From the IMG/VR virus record IMGVR_UViG_3300042310_000554: a DNA stretch of 64,000 nt. One strand, written 5' to 3'. Under the pieces are notes generated by a model. The model was not told the origin of the DNA, did no database searches, and saw only the letters and a program-made list of their open reading frames with translations. This document shows, in pieces, positions 21,501-31,269 of the stretch; position 1 is the first letter of the stretch, and every line of letters begins with the position of its first letter. Made by a program: the position numbers and the translations under genes. The stretch is from an uncultured virus (IMG/VR IMGVR_UViG_3300042310_000554) (lineage: Duplodnaviria; Heunggongvirae; Uroviricota; Caudoviricetes).

Positions 21501-22317
21501 GTTAATTGTAATTGGTGGTAGTGATGGTCACGACCTTAGAGATTATAACGAAACTTGGATTCCACAAAATATTGTTAGATTAGTTAAGGTTAATAATAGA
21601 TATGTAATTGACCAAACATTTACGACTCAAAATTGGGATGATAGTCCAATCGGTGGGTTAGGTGGTTCGGCCTTTGCTCTAACAGTATTACCAAATGATA
21701 AAATTATGGTTGGCGGATTATTTACTTATTATGGTGATAATAATACAGGTCATACTACATCGAGTTTAATAAGATTAAATTCTGACGGTACTTTAGACAC
21801 TACATTTACATTTGAGATATCCGCAGTGACTTATACAACACAATTACTATCTTCAGGAGCGTTATTAGTTGGTGGTGGATTTACTTCACCTACTGACCGT
21901 TTATTAGAATTGTTTATTGGTGAAGAATATGTATTACGTTCATTTACAACTTGTGATGGAAAAACATCTAATATTTTTGTATCAAAAAATTATGAACCAA
22001 TTAATGAAATCAAAGCAAACGTAAGTGATAGAGTCGCAGTATGTGGTACAGTTGGTAATGTTATTACAACACCAAATTTAAATGTTGGTACTGGATTCAC
22101 ATTATTCACCGCAACTAACACAACGTCATACAATACTTGTGATGAATGTGGTCAGATTTATAAATCGATTTTTTATGTTAGAGATGGAGGGGTTAATATA
22201 GATTCAATTAAACAATTTTTATTAACACCTAACTCAATTTCAGATATAAACACGAAAGGTCCTATATTTACATTAAAAGGTACTGAATGTTATGAATTAT
22301 TAAAATATTACTATTAA
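18583..22317 (+). CDS. Delta-60 repeat (beta-propeller) protein
   Basis: Many QSDGKILVGG.F...RLNSDGSLDxTF repeats in two blocks separated by a Cys-containing region. Confidence 0.85.
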   Translation: MANKLNFTGWSGTFDLSKLNISGRTQSSPQENSKIITGPVVIDSNRPKKSTLTPGVQQPLVTRVKTEPNPDFTKATKLSRQSRLSLNFSLESNGLPFTAGTIDTSFPYSANTGFNEEVNVVKVQSDGKILVGGLFSSYTYDEQTYFAPYLIRLNSDGSPDFDFYYTDKAESEGWNLDGWVGTIDIQSDGKIVIGGNFEYYYEDITRYSPGIMRFNSDGTFDDTLFVGEGFNDAVSTIIVQPDGKILVAGSFLEYNTASATRIIRLNSNGNPDLSFGTGNGVNGTVSDMVLQPNGKIILGGDFSQYDGDDSNNIVRINSNGGIDNTFVVGDGFNDMVRTLALQSDGKVIVGGAFNYYNNIDLYNGYIVRLGANGDMDTRFGYGFDNDIYSLSIQSDDKILIGGEMGVFNIDNDNFLNINALVRFHSDCTFDFSFDYDESINGIVYSIELDSDDKIYIGGYFQEGGAPYLLNYFGRINNSILEYPYTYTVEACVQPLIDETITYVVGSMTPLTGNETYSFQRIQNPSITVCGNIVPTYPSNIIEYVAINSYVDCEEAYTSNYKIVVFEDCLGDFSSTPFWVVDNRFEIGDIFYVDSVIQQMGILFLKFAATIIDVIPWSGGTGPFGDVWDYIQPINYVTYLSCDDAIEANGLIYEANSCISSGTTYPLIHTAYYDYTTILIPTENSPVNVISNYLPIGPYEFISGGTPEIYSTIKIADNGDCELGLSKISPNGILNENFNDGGFGSGNTFVYTTVEQPDGKLLVGGNFEEYDGLPMNNFMRLSSNGNIDGTFVIGDGFDDIVWALVLQSDGKILVGGDFNEYNGVVTGNLARLNSDGSLDDTFLLNGFNYTVRAIAVQIDGKIVVGGEFTPQILRINSDGTPDTTFNPSNFNGNVHTINIETIRNTPFYVTNSPATYTENIIVGGQFSSYSGTNVGGIVKLSPIGNILPDFGNGFNQDTGGTPRVNKIVQQPDGKLIVIGGSDGHDLRDYNETWIPQNIVRLVKVNNRYVIDQTFTTQNWDDSPIGGLGGSAFALTVLPNDKIMVGGLFTYYGDNNTGHTTSSLIRLNSDGTLDTTFTFEISAVTYTTQLLSSGALLVGGGFTSPTDRLLELFIGEEYVLRSFTTCDGKTSNIFVSKNYEPINEIKANVSDRVAVCGTVGNVITTPNLNVGTGFTLFTATNTTSYNTCDECGQIYKSIFYVRDGGVNIDSIKQFLLTPNSISDINTKGPIFTLKGTECYELLKYYY

Positions 22318-22342
22318 AAATAAATAAAAAAAACAAATAATT

Positions 22343-22564
22343 ATGTCCAATCAACAAATAACACCTATACTTTTCTTTGACAATGTAGAAGATGCGTTAG
22401 CACCATTATCAGCGGGTACTGAATATAATGTATGTGTATTAGATTGTAGCGGTAACACTATATCTATATCACCCCCTCACCCAACTTACACAAATGAGTT
22501 TGGTAAAGCTGTTGTTCAGTTAAACGCAGTCGCATTAGGAGGGATAAACGGATTAAACAATTAA
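22343..22564 (+). CDS. Hypothetical protein
   Basis: 73 aa ORF with A-rich leader. Confidence 0.6.
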   Translation: MSNQQITPILFFDNVEDALAPLSAGTEYNVCVLDCSGNTISISPPHPTYTNEFGKAVVQLNAVALGGINGLNN

Positions 22565-22579
22565 AAATAAATAAAAATT

Positions 22580-22921
22580 ATGTTATACGCACAAATTACA
22601 CCAGCAGCTGAAAAAACAACACAAGTAACACCTTTCTCAGCAATTACTGAATCAGCGGACTTAATGTTTGCTGTGGCAAGACCATACACATTAGGAGCTT
22701 CAAGAGTTAACTTCCAAGTGACTTTCGGAAATGGAACTATCACCGACGATAAAGTTTCTAACTTTCAAGAATTATTATCTTCAAATGTTACTCTAACGAG
22801 TGATGAACTTTCAAATTGGGGTACCGATGATTCCGTTGTATTAGGAACTATTGCAACCAAATTAGGGACAACATCTTTAGGTGTATATACCTCAGCACCA
22901 CAACAAGGAAATAATTTTTAA
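22580..22921 (+). CDS. Hypothetical protein
   Basis: 113 aa ORF with A-rich leader. Confidence 0.65.
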   Translation: MLYAQITPAAEKTTQVTPFSAITESADLMFAVARPYTLGASRVNFQVTFGNGTITDDKVSNFQELLSSNVTLTSDELSNWGTDDSVVLGTIATKLGTTSLGVYTSAPQQGNNF

Positions 22922-22990
22922 TTAAAAACCTATTTTTATTTTTTTATATCGTTTTTATACTTATCTTTGTCAAATAATATAAAAATAAAA

Positions 22991-23401
22991 ATGATGAAAA
23001 TTTTAAGAAGATTAAGAAAAAAAATTAATTATAAGATTGTTAAATTCTTCAGAAATCTAACAAGTAATGATAGACCAATACTTGAGGATAATGAAAGAAT
23101 ATGTACATCTGTATGTAGAAAATTAATTAATCACCCAAGTTCTAAATTTTTAATTGCTCCCCTCTCAATGAAGAGGTATATTAAGAACAGTGAGTTAGAA
23201 TTATTTATTGTTTTACAAGATAGACAAATTAGTATCACTAATCACGTATATCATTATGATGTTGTTATTAGTAATAGAAATTGGGAAAGAGTTACAACTA
23301 TGTACGATAATAAAACCGAGAAGATTAGACAAGAATTTGAAACTGAAATGAGTTCTCAAATAAAACATTCTTTATCAACAATACTATCTAAATTAGATTA
23401 G
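22991..23401 (+). CDS. Hypothetical protein (start revised to ATG 22991)
   Basis: ORF; TATCTTTG -7 box at 22962-22969. Confidence 0.6.
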   Translation: MMKILRRLRKKINYKIVKFFRNLTSNDRPILEDNERICTSVCRKLINHPSSKFLIAPLSMKRYIKNSELELFIVLQDRQISITNHVYHYDVVISNRNWERVTTMYDNKTEKIRQEFETEMSSQIKHSLSTILSKLD

Positions 23402-23910
23402 TATTTTTCAGATAAAACCTTTTTAATTAAATCCCTTAACGATTCGTTTTGGGATTTTTTATTTTGGTTAATATTAAGTGGTTTTCCGGACACAATTTTA
23501 TTAAACCGACCCGAAGTATCATTTGAGGTTAAATCTTCGGATATGGTGTCCTGTGTTATCTCAATCCATTCGGTAACGATTGGTACAATCTTTAATTTTT
23601 TACCAGGACTCTGATTAATACTATTACCGTCCTCATCACTTGATGTTAACTCCGGATGTTTTTCCATATACTTGGAAATTTTTTTAGCTTTAGACTCAAT
23701 CTTTTTGATTTGTTTTTTTGGTTCATCCATAGACCCATCATAACTATCATACTCCAACATCGCATCATCATATTTAGAAACAGGGATATTAAACGGTTGC
23801 ATATCAGATTTTTTAAATATTCTAATTCCCGGTTGCATTGGACCAACATAAGAACCTCTTCCCCCACCATCACTTGTTCCCTCGTTAATATGTATTTTAT
23901 TATTTTTCAT
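23398..23910 (-). CDS. Hypothetical protein
   Basis: 170 aa; ATATTTAT upstream; C-terminal ESLRDLIKKVLSE motif. Confidence 0.65.
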   Translation of the reverse strand: MKNNKIHINEGTSDGGGRGSYVGPMQPGIRIFKKSDMQPFNIPVSKYDDAMLEYDSYDGSMDEPKKQIKKIESKAKKISKYMEKHPELTSSDEDGNSINQSPGKKLKIVPIVTEWIEITQDTISEDLTSNDTSGRFNKIVSGKPLNINQNKKSQNESLRDLIKKVLSEKY

Positions 23911-23942
23911 AGTATAATTATAAATATCTTATATAATTAAAT

Positions 23943-24176
23943 ATGGAACAACAACCTGAAATATTCGGAAAACTATTTGAATCAATCCCCCTACACACTG
24001 AAGAACACTTAGATATTCTTTTAGATACTATGGATAACGATAGAGCTAGCTACTTTTTAATACACGCCGTTAGACACGCCTTCCATTCTGGAATATACTC
24101 TTTGGGTGAAGCCGAAGTGATTTCTAAATCAATTAGGGTTTTATCTAAAAAAGAAAAAGAGACCGAAGTCTCTTAA
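23943..24176 (+). CDS. Hypothetical protein
   Basis: 77 aa ORF. Confidence 0.55.
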   Translation: MEQQPEIFGKLFESIPLHTEEHLDILLDTMDNDRASYFLIHAVRHAFHSGIYSLGEAEVISKSIRVLSKKEKETEVS

Positions 24177-24775
24177 TATTTTATTTTTTTTCTACAATTA
24201 TCACACATCCATATTGATTCATTATCAATTGTCGAACCCTTCCCCTTCGCATCATTCATAACACACTTTTTATTGTGATTACAGTGGGGGACACCTAAAG
24301 TATGTCCTATTTCGTGGATAACGACTTTTTCTAATTTACCGTAATAATTGGTTCTCATTCTTTTATTAGAAACAACACAGGATTTAGTCCCTAATAATGA
24401 AAGACCTATCACCCCCCAATTTTTAAATGTTTTACCATTTAATCGTCTATTAGTACAAATATCTAATTGAGTTAACGCGACTACTTTACCATTAGTATTA
24501 TTAAATTTAGTATTAAGTAGTTTCACTATTTTAACCGATGAATACTTTGATAATCCTTTTATTTTACATTCTACGGGCACATCAATTCTTGGTAGAATAT
24601 TAACTTTACAGTTATAAAACTTTTTAAGATTGTTTTGAACAAATACCACATCATTCTTGGGAAAATCCCCAATAACCACTATAGATATTTCTTTTGTTTT
24701 TGATGTTAATCCTACATAACTTGTTGAAGTTAATAGAATTATCAAGACAATGATTATTTTATATAAATTTTTCAT
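24173..24775 (-). CDS. Archaemetzincin-like (M54) zinc metalloprotease with N-terminal signal/TM segment
   Basis: HEIGHTLGVPHC-x4-CVM...CDNC motif; hydrophobic N-terminus; TATCTTTG promoter box just upstream. Confidence 0.85.
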   Translation of the reverse strand: MKNLYKIIIVLIILLTSTSYVGLTSKTKEISIVVIGDFPKNDVVFVQNNLKKFYNCKVNILPRIDVPVECKIKGLSKYSSVKIVKLLNTKFNNTNGKVVALTQLDICTNRRLNGKTFKNWGVIGLSLLGTKSCVVSNKRMRTNYYGKLEKVVIHEIGHTLGVPHCNHNKKCVMNDAKGKGSTIDNESIWMCDNCRKKIKY

Positions 24776-24813
24776 ACCGCAAAGATACGAAATTTAATTA
24801 ATTAACCAAAAAA

Positions 24814-26040
24814 TTACGCAACTCCCGTATTGTTTTCTCCTATACTTTGAGCCAACATAATTGGGTCTACACATTGTTGTCCATCTCCGTGTAATTTATC
24901 AAAAAATTCTGTAGAATTTTGAACTAAAAAACTACCTTTCGTTTCTCCCATAACAAAAAGTCTAGCATTTTGTGCCAATTTTTTAACATTAGGGTTATCA
25001 ATAAATTTAGCTGGAACCCCAACACATCCAAAACTTTGATTTGCGTATGCAATAGATTTTGCCGAATCTAAATATTCTTGGGGTACTTTCCCTGATGAAA
25101 TTTGTTTTTTTAATAAAGATTCTAAATCCGCACTTGCAGTTAATCTATCCGGTAATCCGGCCGGTATTCCGTGAATTGCACTAACAATGTTTTTACCACC
25201 ACTATCTTTTAAATGAAGAACATTTTTACCTTTTCCTACATAACCTTTATCACTACTTAAACTACTAATACTATAAATCCCTTTAGGTAAAAATCTAGCA
25301 GCAATTTTAGTTAAACTTGAATAGATTGGTTCTGATGGTTTACCTGTTGTGGGGTCAGTACATTTATATGGTTCAGATAATAAAAACTTACCATCTTTTT
25401 TACTAACTTTACACCAATCCTCAATTGTAAACGGTTGAGCGTCTTTTTGGACATCAGCACCGTCAACCACTGAAGTATAATCAACTAAAGTTGGTGGTGA
25501 AAACCAACCAGTAGATGGTGCAAATAAATAAATTAAATTTTCTTTAGGGTCATAAATAAAAAATGGTTTATTATCCATATCTCTATCTACGATATATTTA
25601 AGTTCTTGGTCAATTCTTGGCGTGTAATTGTATTTAGAAATTTTTTTAATTTTTTCTTTTTTGGATTGTTCTGTGTTTTTAACTGTCGGAGCAACTTTAG
25701 AAACCTTATTTTTTTTAGGTACTTCAACGGTTGTTTTGGGTGAAGCTCCATAAATTTTATTTTTAACGGATTCAATACCTTTTGATGTTTTTACCTCAAT
25801 CCAATTTGGTGTATTACCTTCACTTTTTTTTGCGTACCAAAATTTATCACCCCATTTCTTATATTGATATGGGTCACCCGCAGGTCCTTGGACTGCGGTG
25901 TCTTTTATAGGCGCATTCATCCCTAATGGGTCGTTATAATTAAAACCCTGTTCTGATAAGTATTGTCTCTTTGTTGCACTCTCGTGAAGATTTAAAATCC
26001 TATCTTTTTCCTCTCCATCCAAGAAATATAAATTTTTCAT
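24814..26040 (-). CDS. L,D-transpeptidase (YkuD)-like protein
   Basis: PKGIY, SAIHG and SFGCV catalytic His/Cys motifs separated by an insertion. Confidence 0.55.
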   Translation of the reverse strand: MKNLYFLDGEEKDRILNLHESATKRQYLSEQGFNYNDPLGMNAPIKDTAVQGPAGDPYQYKKWGDKFWYAKKSEGNTPNWIEVKTSKGIESVKNKIYGASPKTTVEVPKKNKVSKVAPTVKNTEQSKKEKIKKISKYNYTPRIDQELKYIVDRDMDNKPFFIYDPKENLIYLFAPSTGWFSPPTLVDYTSVVDGADVQKDAQPFTIEDWCKVSKKDGKFLLSEPYKCTDPTTGKPSEPIYSSLTKIAARFLPKGIYSISSLSSDKGYVGKGKNVLHLKDSGGKNIVSAIHGIPAGLPDRLTASADLESLLKKQISSGKVPQEYLDSAKSIAYANQSFGCVGVPAKFIDNPNVKKLAQNARLFVMGETKGSFLVQNSTEFFDKLHGDGQQCVDPIMLAQSIGENNTGVA

Positions 26041-26073
26041 AAAATTCTTTTAATATAAATATCCAATAATTTA

Positions 26074-27783
26074 TTATAATTCTAATCGATATTTAAATAA
26101 CCCACAATCCCATATTTTGTCATAACCCAATTCAGATGTGAGTTCTTTTTCCGTTTTATTATAGTCTAAATCCGGAAATCTTTTTTTAAGATTATTTTTA
26201 CCAAATCCAAATTTATGAAATCTTTTGTATTTACTAATTTTTGAATTATAATAATAATAATTTGGTTTTGTTATTGATACTAAATTAAACCCCAAATTAG
26301 TATATAGATTATTTTCCGGATTAATTGTCCATCTTCTATCCGCAAAACTAATTATTGATGTTGGGTTATACTCATTAATAAAATGTTTAATAAATTTAGA
26401 GGCTAACCCCCTAATTAAATAATTTTGTTTTGTTGCGTATCGACTTAATTCAAATTCACCGTCATTATTTTTAGTCATATTTCTACGACTATTAAATGTT
26501 ATAACACCAACTAACTCATTATTATAATATGCCCCGTAATATATGTTTGACTTATCGGTACCTTGTATATGATTATTATTTAAAAAAAATGTTTTATCTT
26601 CTAAATTTATTTTTTTAATGACAACATTTCTACCACCAATTTTAACACCATCATTCACATTTAATAAATGTTTTAATTTTGATTTAACTAATTCGGTATT
26701 AACAACCCATTCATCCTCAAAAATATGTATTAATTTATATCCTATTTGATTACACTCTATTGTTTTATTTAGATGATATGATGAAGTTTTTCCCATTTTT
26801 TCTGTGTGATAATATAATCCATCATACTCAATACAAATATTGGTACCATCAACAATCAAATCAATTTCTTTACCATCTAATAATTTACGATTTTTACCTT
26901 TATTAACCATAAACCCAACACTTTCGATAAACTCTTTAATCTCCGTCTCACCTTTTGATGTCCAAGTAGGTGTCATATTAATGTTTGTTAGTTTCGCTAA
27001 ATCACTTAAACATTCAGAAATAGATGTTGAAACTATTTTTTCATTAGGATATTTTAATTTATATTCTAATGTTGTGATATTATGTTTATTTTTTAAATGA
27101 GTGTTTGATATACTTTTCATTTTTTCACCACAAATTTTACAAATAACATAATTTTTACTTTTAGATAAAAATTTGGTTAATTCTGTTTTTTTTATATAAT
27201 TTGGGTGATGTTTAATATCTTCAGGAAATTTTAATAAATAATCATCTAATGTTATTTTATGAGATTTACTTATATGTGTCTCAAAACAACCTGTTTTATT
27301 TGAAGTGTCTTCTGTTACCCACTCACATAATTTACATTTTCTTGTAGGAGAATTTTCAATCTTAATTATGTTGAAATATTCCTCAAACCACTTTTTGTCG
27401 TTAATTAATTCGTATTTTTTTCTTTGGTAAGTATTGGATGGAATCCATACATCTCCATATAACTCAATAATATGTTTGGTTAATTTACCGGATAAATTAT
27501 TGGGGTCTTTAATTACCATATTAGTTTTTTTACATTGAGCAATTAATTCGTGGGTATCTGAAGTTGTATATAAGTTAGATTTTGTGGTTTCAATTTCAAA
27601 ACTATTTCCCATTTGGATTTGACCACCTTTTTTATTAATCACAATATTATTTTCCTTTAATATTTGACTAATTTTTTTATGACCAACCTTAAATTTTTCG
27701 GCTAATTTATGAGTACTCGGAATTTCAGTTTGATATAATTCAATAATGTTAATTATAATTTCAGGAGTTAATTTGGTTTTCAT
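26074..27783 (-). CDS. Hef-like homing endonuclease / zinc-finger + Vsr-like nuclease + GNAT-like protein
   Basis: CKLC and CKICG...HLKNKH zinc fingers; EIDL...IEYDGLYYH...IFEDEW nuclease; FLNNNHIQG, ELSRYA, ISFADRRW, IWDCG C-terminal domain. Confidence 0.7.
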   Translation of the reverse strand: MKTKLTPEIIINIIELYQTEIPSTHKLAEKFKVGHKKISQILKENNIVINKKGGQIQMGNSFEIETTKSNLYTTSDTHELIAQCKKTNMVIKDPNNLSGKLTKHIIELYGDVWIPSNTYQRKKYELINDKKWFEEYFNIIKIENSPTRKCKLCEWVTEDTSNKTGCFETHISKSHKITLDDYLLKFPEDIKHHPNYIKKTELTKFLSKSKNYVICKICGEKMKSISNTHLKNKHNITTLEYKLKYPNEKIVSTSISECLSDLAKLTNINMTPTWTSKGETEIKEFIESVGFMVNKGKNRKLLDGKEIDLIVDGTNICIEYDGLYYHTEKMGKTSSYHLNKTIECNQIGYKLIHIFEDEWVVNTELVKSKLKHLLNVNDGVKIGGRNVVIKKINLEDKTFFLNNNHIQGTDKSNIYYGAYYNNELVGVITFNSRRNMTKNNDGEFELSRYATKQNYLIRGLASKFIKHFINEYNPTSIISFADRRWTINPENNLYTNLGFNLVSITKPNYYYYNSKISKYKRFHKFGFGKNNLKKRFPDLDYNKTEKELTSELGYDKIWDCGLFKYRLEL

Positions 27784-27864
27784 AGTATCATATTTATATA
27801 AATATAATAATAATTACTTAAAAGTCAAATTATAATCCATTTATTTTTAACCCATTCTATAAAT

Positions 27865-27893
27865 AAAAAAAGAGGACTATATGTCCTCTTTTT
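27865..27893 (-). terminator. Intrinsic terminator after major capsid gene (possibly bidirectional)
   Basis: AAAAAAAGAGGAC-TATAT-GTCCTCTTTTT. Confidence 0.8.
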
Positions 27894-27916
27894 GTTAAAT
27901 ATAATAAGATTTTTGA

Positions 27917-29767
27917 TTATCTCAATTCTCTTAAGTCAAATGTTCTTACACCATCTACAGTGATACGTGCGTAAAAACGATTATTTACCATTTTCTTCGC
28001 GTATCTCGTCATAATCCCTTTAATTGGTGTAAAATTAAATGGGTTATACATTGTAGGAGTTAATTGTAATGGTACGTATGGTGCGTAGATGTATCCTGTG
28101 TCTAACAATGATGTTCCTTTATGTCCAATTAACACTGTGTTAGCTGGGAAGTAAGGGTCACGGTAAACTTGGTAACGTCCTGCCAATGTTCCAACTCTTT
28201 CAATACCCATGTTATATTGGTCTTGTTCAGGAGAAGCATTAGATACGTGGAAGTACTCTAAATCATCAAAGATAGCAGAAACCTCAGAAGATACAACAAT
28301 CCAGTTTGCTCCACCTCTTAAAGTAGATTTGTGGATTTGTGCAGACAATTGGTTGATTGCTGTAATTAATGTTTGGTTCCAATCTTTTTGAGTATAAGAA
28401 GTTGTCAAAGATAAACGTTTCCAACCATTGTAATCCCATCTCAAGTTCCAAGCAGCACCTTTACGTAAATCTCTTAAGATTTCACGGTCAATTTCAGCAG
28501 CAACTTGTTCAGATAATAAAGCTGTTAATTCAGCTTCAGCATCGATGTTGTGGAAAGCCGCAACGTCTTGAGCTAACTCAGGAGACCATTGTGCTCTTAA
28601 TTTTCTTTCTGTAACAGAAACAGTAACTGAATCTAATTCGAAAGAAACCTCACCGATTTTATCTTCAAATTCTAATTCTTTATATCTTCTGAAAACAGCA
28701 CTGAAGTCATTATTTGCTAATGTTTCAATTGTTGTTCCTGTGTAACCGTCTAAAGAGTCAGCGCCACATGAAATACATACAGGACAAGATAAATCAACTT
28801 CTAAGTAAATAGTACCTTCGATATCACAGATATCATTGTAGCTACCACCATTACCATTAGTTGCCCAAGTAGTAGATGATTGACCACCGTAAGATACGAT
28901 ACCTTTACCATATTGTTGAGTAACAACTCTGAACAATAAAGAATTAGCAGTACCTGCAGCGTTAAATACTACATCACAAGGAGAAGCTCCTGACCAAGTA
29001 CTATCTGTAGCAGTACCGTTAGCGAAAATTTTCAAATCAGATAAGAAAGTTTCAGAATCATATTCGTTACCATCAGGTCCGATTAATTTACCAGCACCAG
29101 TGTTAGCGAAATTTGTCATTTTAACGATTATTTTTCTAACGTTAGAATCATCATATGCTCCATCAGCATCGATTAATCCACCATTAGACCATTTTTGAAC
29201 TGTTGTTGTTGCAGTAACTGCTGACCATTGTCCTTTAGAATAATCAAACAATCCTGGAGGGTCTAATTGACCTTCATTTCCTTCATAGAATAAATCATAA
29301 AGATTTTTCTTGTAAGCTCCAGCGTCAGTTCCGTAACCTTGGTTTGCACCATTGTTAGCTGGAGAATAATTACCTGGAGAACCGATTGGTGCATAGTGTT
29401 CACCTGATTCAGATGCACTTCCGTTATCATACCCTTGAATTTTAGGTACAAAGAAGAATAATTTACCGATTGGTAAATTCATTGCTTGTACAGATACGAT
29501 TTCATTCGCTAATAATTTAGAGAATACTCTTCTTACGATAGGGAATACAACAGTTTCGAATGAACCTGAAGACCCGTCAGAAGTAGCTTCGTTGATTAGG
29601 AAAGACGCTTGGTTCTCATATAATTGAGCTACGTTTTCTTTTAAGTGACCTTTAAGTCCTTCTAGGAATCCTAATTTATCCCATTTGTTAATTGTGTCTT
29701 CTTTAATAACTTTAAGGTGTTTTAACCCTATGTTACCAACTAGACCTGATTCTAATAATGCTCCCAT
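27917..29767 (-). CDS. Major capsid protein (T4 gp23-like)
   Basis: FPIVRRVF, VSVQAMNLP, RKLRAQWSPELAQD, AEIDREI, YAPYVPL, GIMTRYA. Confidence 0.97.
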   Translation of the reverse strand: MGALLESGLVGNIGLKHLKVIKEDTINKWDKLGFLEGLKGHLKENVAQLYENQASFLINEATSDGSSGSFETVVFPIVRRVFSKLLANEIVSVQAMNLPIGKLFFFVPKIQGYDNGSASESGEHYAPIGSPGNYSPANNGANQGYGTDAGAYKKNLYDLFYEGNEGQLDPPGLFDYSKGQWSAVTATTTVQKWSNGGLIDADGAYDDSNVRKIIVKMTNFANTGAGKLIGPDGNEYDSETFLSDLKIFANGTATDSTWSGASPCDVVFNAAGTANSLLFRVVTQQYGKGIVSYGGQSSTTWATNGNGGSYNDICDIEGTIYLEVDLSCPVCISCGADSLDGYTGTTIETLANNDFSAVFRRYKELEFEDKIGEVSFELDSVTVSVTERKLRAQWSPELAQDVAAFHNIDAEAELTALLSEQVAAEIDREILRDLRKGAAWNLRWDYNGWKRLSLTTSYTQKDWNQTLITAINQLSAQIHKSTLRGGANWIVVSSEVSAIFDDLEYFHVSNASPEQDQYNMGIERVGTLAGRYQVYRDPYFPANTVLIGHKGTSLLDTGYIYAPYVPLQLTPTMYNPFNFTPIKGIMTRYAKKMVNNRFYARITVDGVRTFDLRELR

Positions 29768-29799
29768 TTTTTTGGTTTTTATTAATTTTTAGTTTATTT

Positions 29800-31269
29800 T
29801 TATTTTAATTTACTCATTAAATCTTTCATTCTAAGGAATTGAGGATTTTCATAAGTTTTTGATTCAATTAAGTTAATCGCTGAACCTGATACCGGAGCTT
29901 TTTGAATTGCTCTTTCCATCGATTCGTTCATTGGTTGACTTGTATTAACTGAAAGTTCATCTTTAAGATTTTGATATAAATTTTTAGATTCTTTAATAGT
30001 TTCAACACCATCAAATCTTCTTAAGATATTTATTTTTTCTTGTTTAGACGTTGAGTGTTCTGTAAACAAACGAGTAGCGTAAGCTAAGTTTGAATTAAAT
30101 ACTGCAACCTCATTCAATTTATTTCTAAATACATTAAGAGCTTTTCTATACTCTTCATTCTTTTCTCTAAGAATTGTTAATTCATTTGATTCTGTATTTT
30201 CAAATGTTAGATTTCTGTTAGGAGTAATTCCTTTTCTTAATCCTCTACCTGATTTAGAACCATTTCCGTATGTGTGAGCAGCTTCTTTAGTTTCTACTTT
30301 TTTAACGGACGCTTTTTTAACCGGTGCTTTTTTGATGTCTTTAAATTCTCCATCAAGGTTTTCACCTTCTTTGTATTCAAATTTAGCTTTACCTGTTCCA
30401 ACTGATTTTGGAGCTTCTTTTTTCTTCACATCAAATCCTTTTCCTTGGTTTGGTTTAGCATCGTATTTGAATTTAGGACTTCCGATACCAGTACCTTTAG
30501 GTTTTACAGACATTTTAGATTCCATAACAGGCTCCTCTTCGTCACCCATATCGTCATCTTCATTCATCTCTTCTTCCTCTTCTTCGTCTTCATCGTCTTC
30601 TTCGTCTTGTTCGTCCATTTCAATTTCATAAACTAATTCTTCAGACTCATCGAATTCTTCAAAATCTTCTTCATCGTCAAAACTTTCTTCTTCGTCATCA
30701 AAAGAAAATTCCTCTTCTTCGTCGTTGTCGTTTCCAAAAATTCTTTCAACAATAGATTCGATAGATTCATCTGATTCATCAAATTCTTCTGATTCATCAA
30801 ATTCTTGATATTCATCGTCATCTTCTTCACCTTCTGTAACAACCATATATTCAGCCTCAGTTTCGTTGTCTTTAATACTAATGTTACCAGAATCATCTTT
30901 AGTAACAACAATATTATCGTCCGGTCCCATCAATTTGAATACACGTAAGATTTCTTCGTCATCTTTAATGTTAGTTAGGTCGATAACATCTTCATCATCT
31001 GAATCGTCATCGTCCATATCAAGGTTATCCATATCCATTTCATCACCTTCTTCATCGTCAGACTCTTCGTCCCCCATGTCAGGTAATTCCATGTCAATGT
31101 CAGTTTCAATCTCATCTTCATCTTGTTCAGTTAGAGATTCTTTTACTAGTTCGTTGATTTCTTCCTTCATAGTAGAAGCAAGTATTCCTTTTGCATTTTC
31201 AGCTACCGCTTCTTCCAAATTTTTCATTTGGATGATAGCTTCTTCAACTAAAGATTTTTCTTTTGCCAT
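29800..31269 (-). CDS. Prohead core/scaffold protein
   Basis: Very acidic coiled-coil protein directly upstream of the capsid gene; many xxE protease-type sites. Confidence 0.75.
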   Translation of the reverse strand: MAKEKSLVEEAIIQMKNLEEAVAENAKGILASTMKEEINELVKESLTEQDEDEIETDIDMELPDMGDEESDDEEGDEMDMDNLDMDDDDSDDEDVIDLTNIKDDEEILRVFKLMGPDDNIVVTKDDSGNISIKDNETEAEYMVVTEGEEDDDEYQEFDESEEFDESDESIESIVERIFGNDNDEEEEFSFDDEEESFDDEEDFEEFDESEELVYEIEMDEQDEEDDEDEEEEEEMNEDDDMGDEEEPVMESKMSVKPKGTGIGSPKFKYDAKPNQGKGFDVKKKEAPKSVGTGKAKFEYKEGENLDGEFKDIKKAPVKKASVKKVETKEAAHTYGNGSKSGRGLRKGITPNRNLTFENTESNELTILREKNEEYRKALNVFRNKLNEVAVFNSNLAYATRLFTEHSTSKQEKINILRRFDGVETIKESKNLYQNLKDELSVNTSQPMNESMERAIQKAPVSGSAINLIESKTYENPQFLRMKDLMSKLK

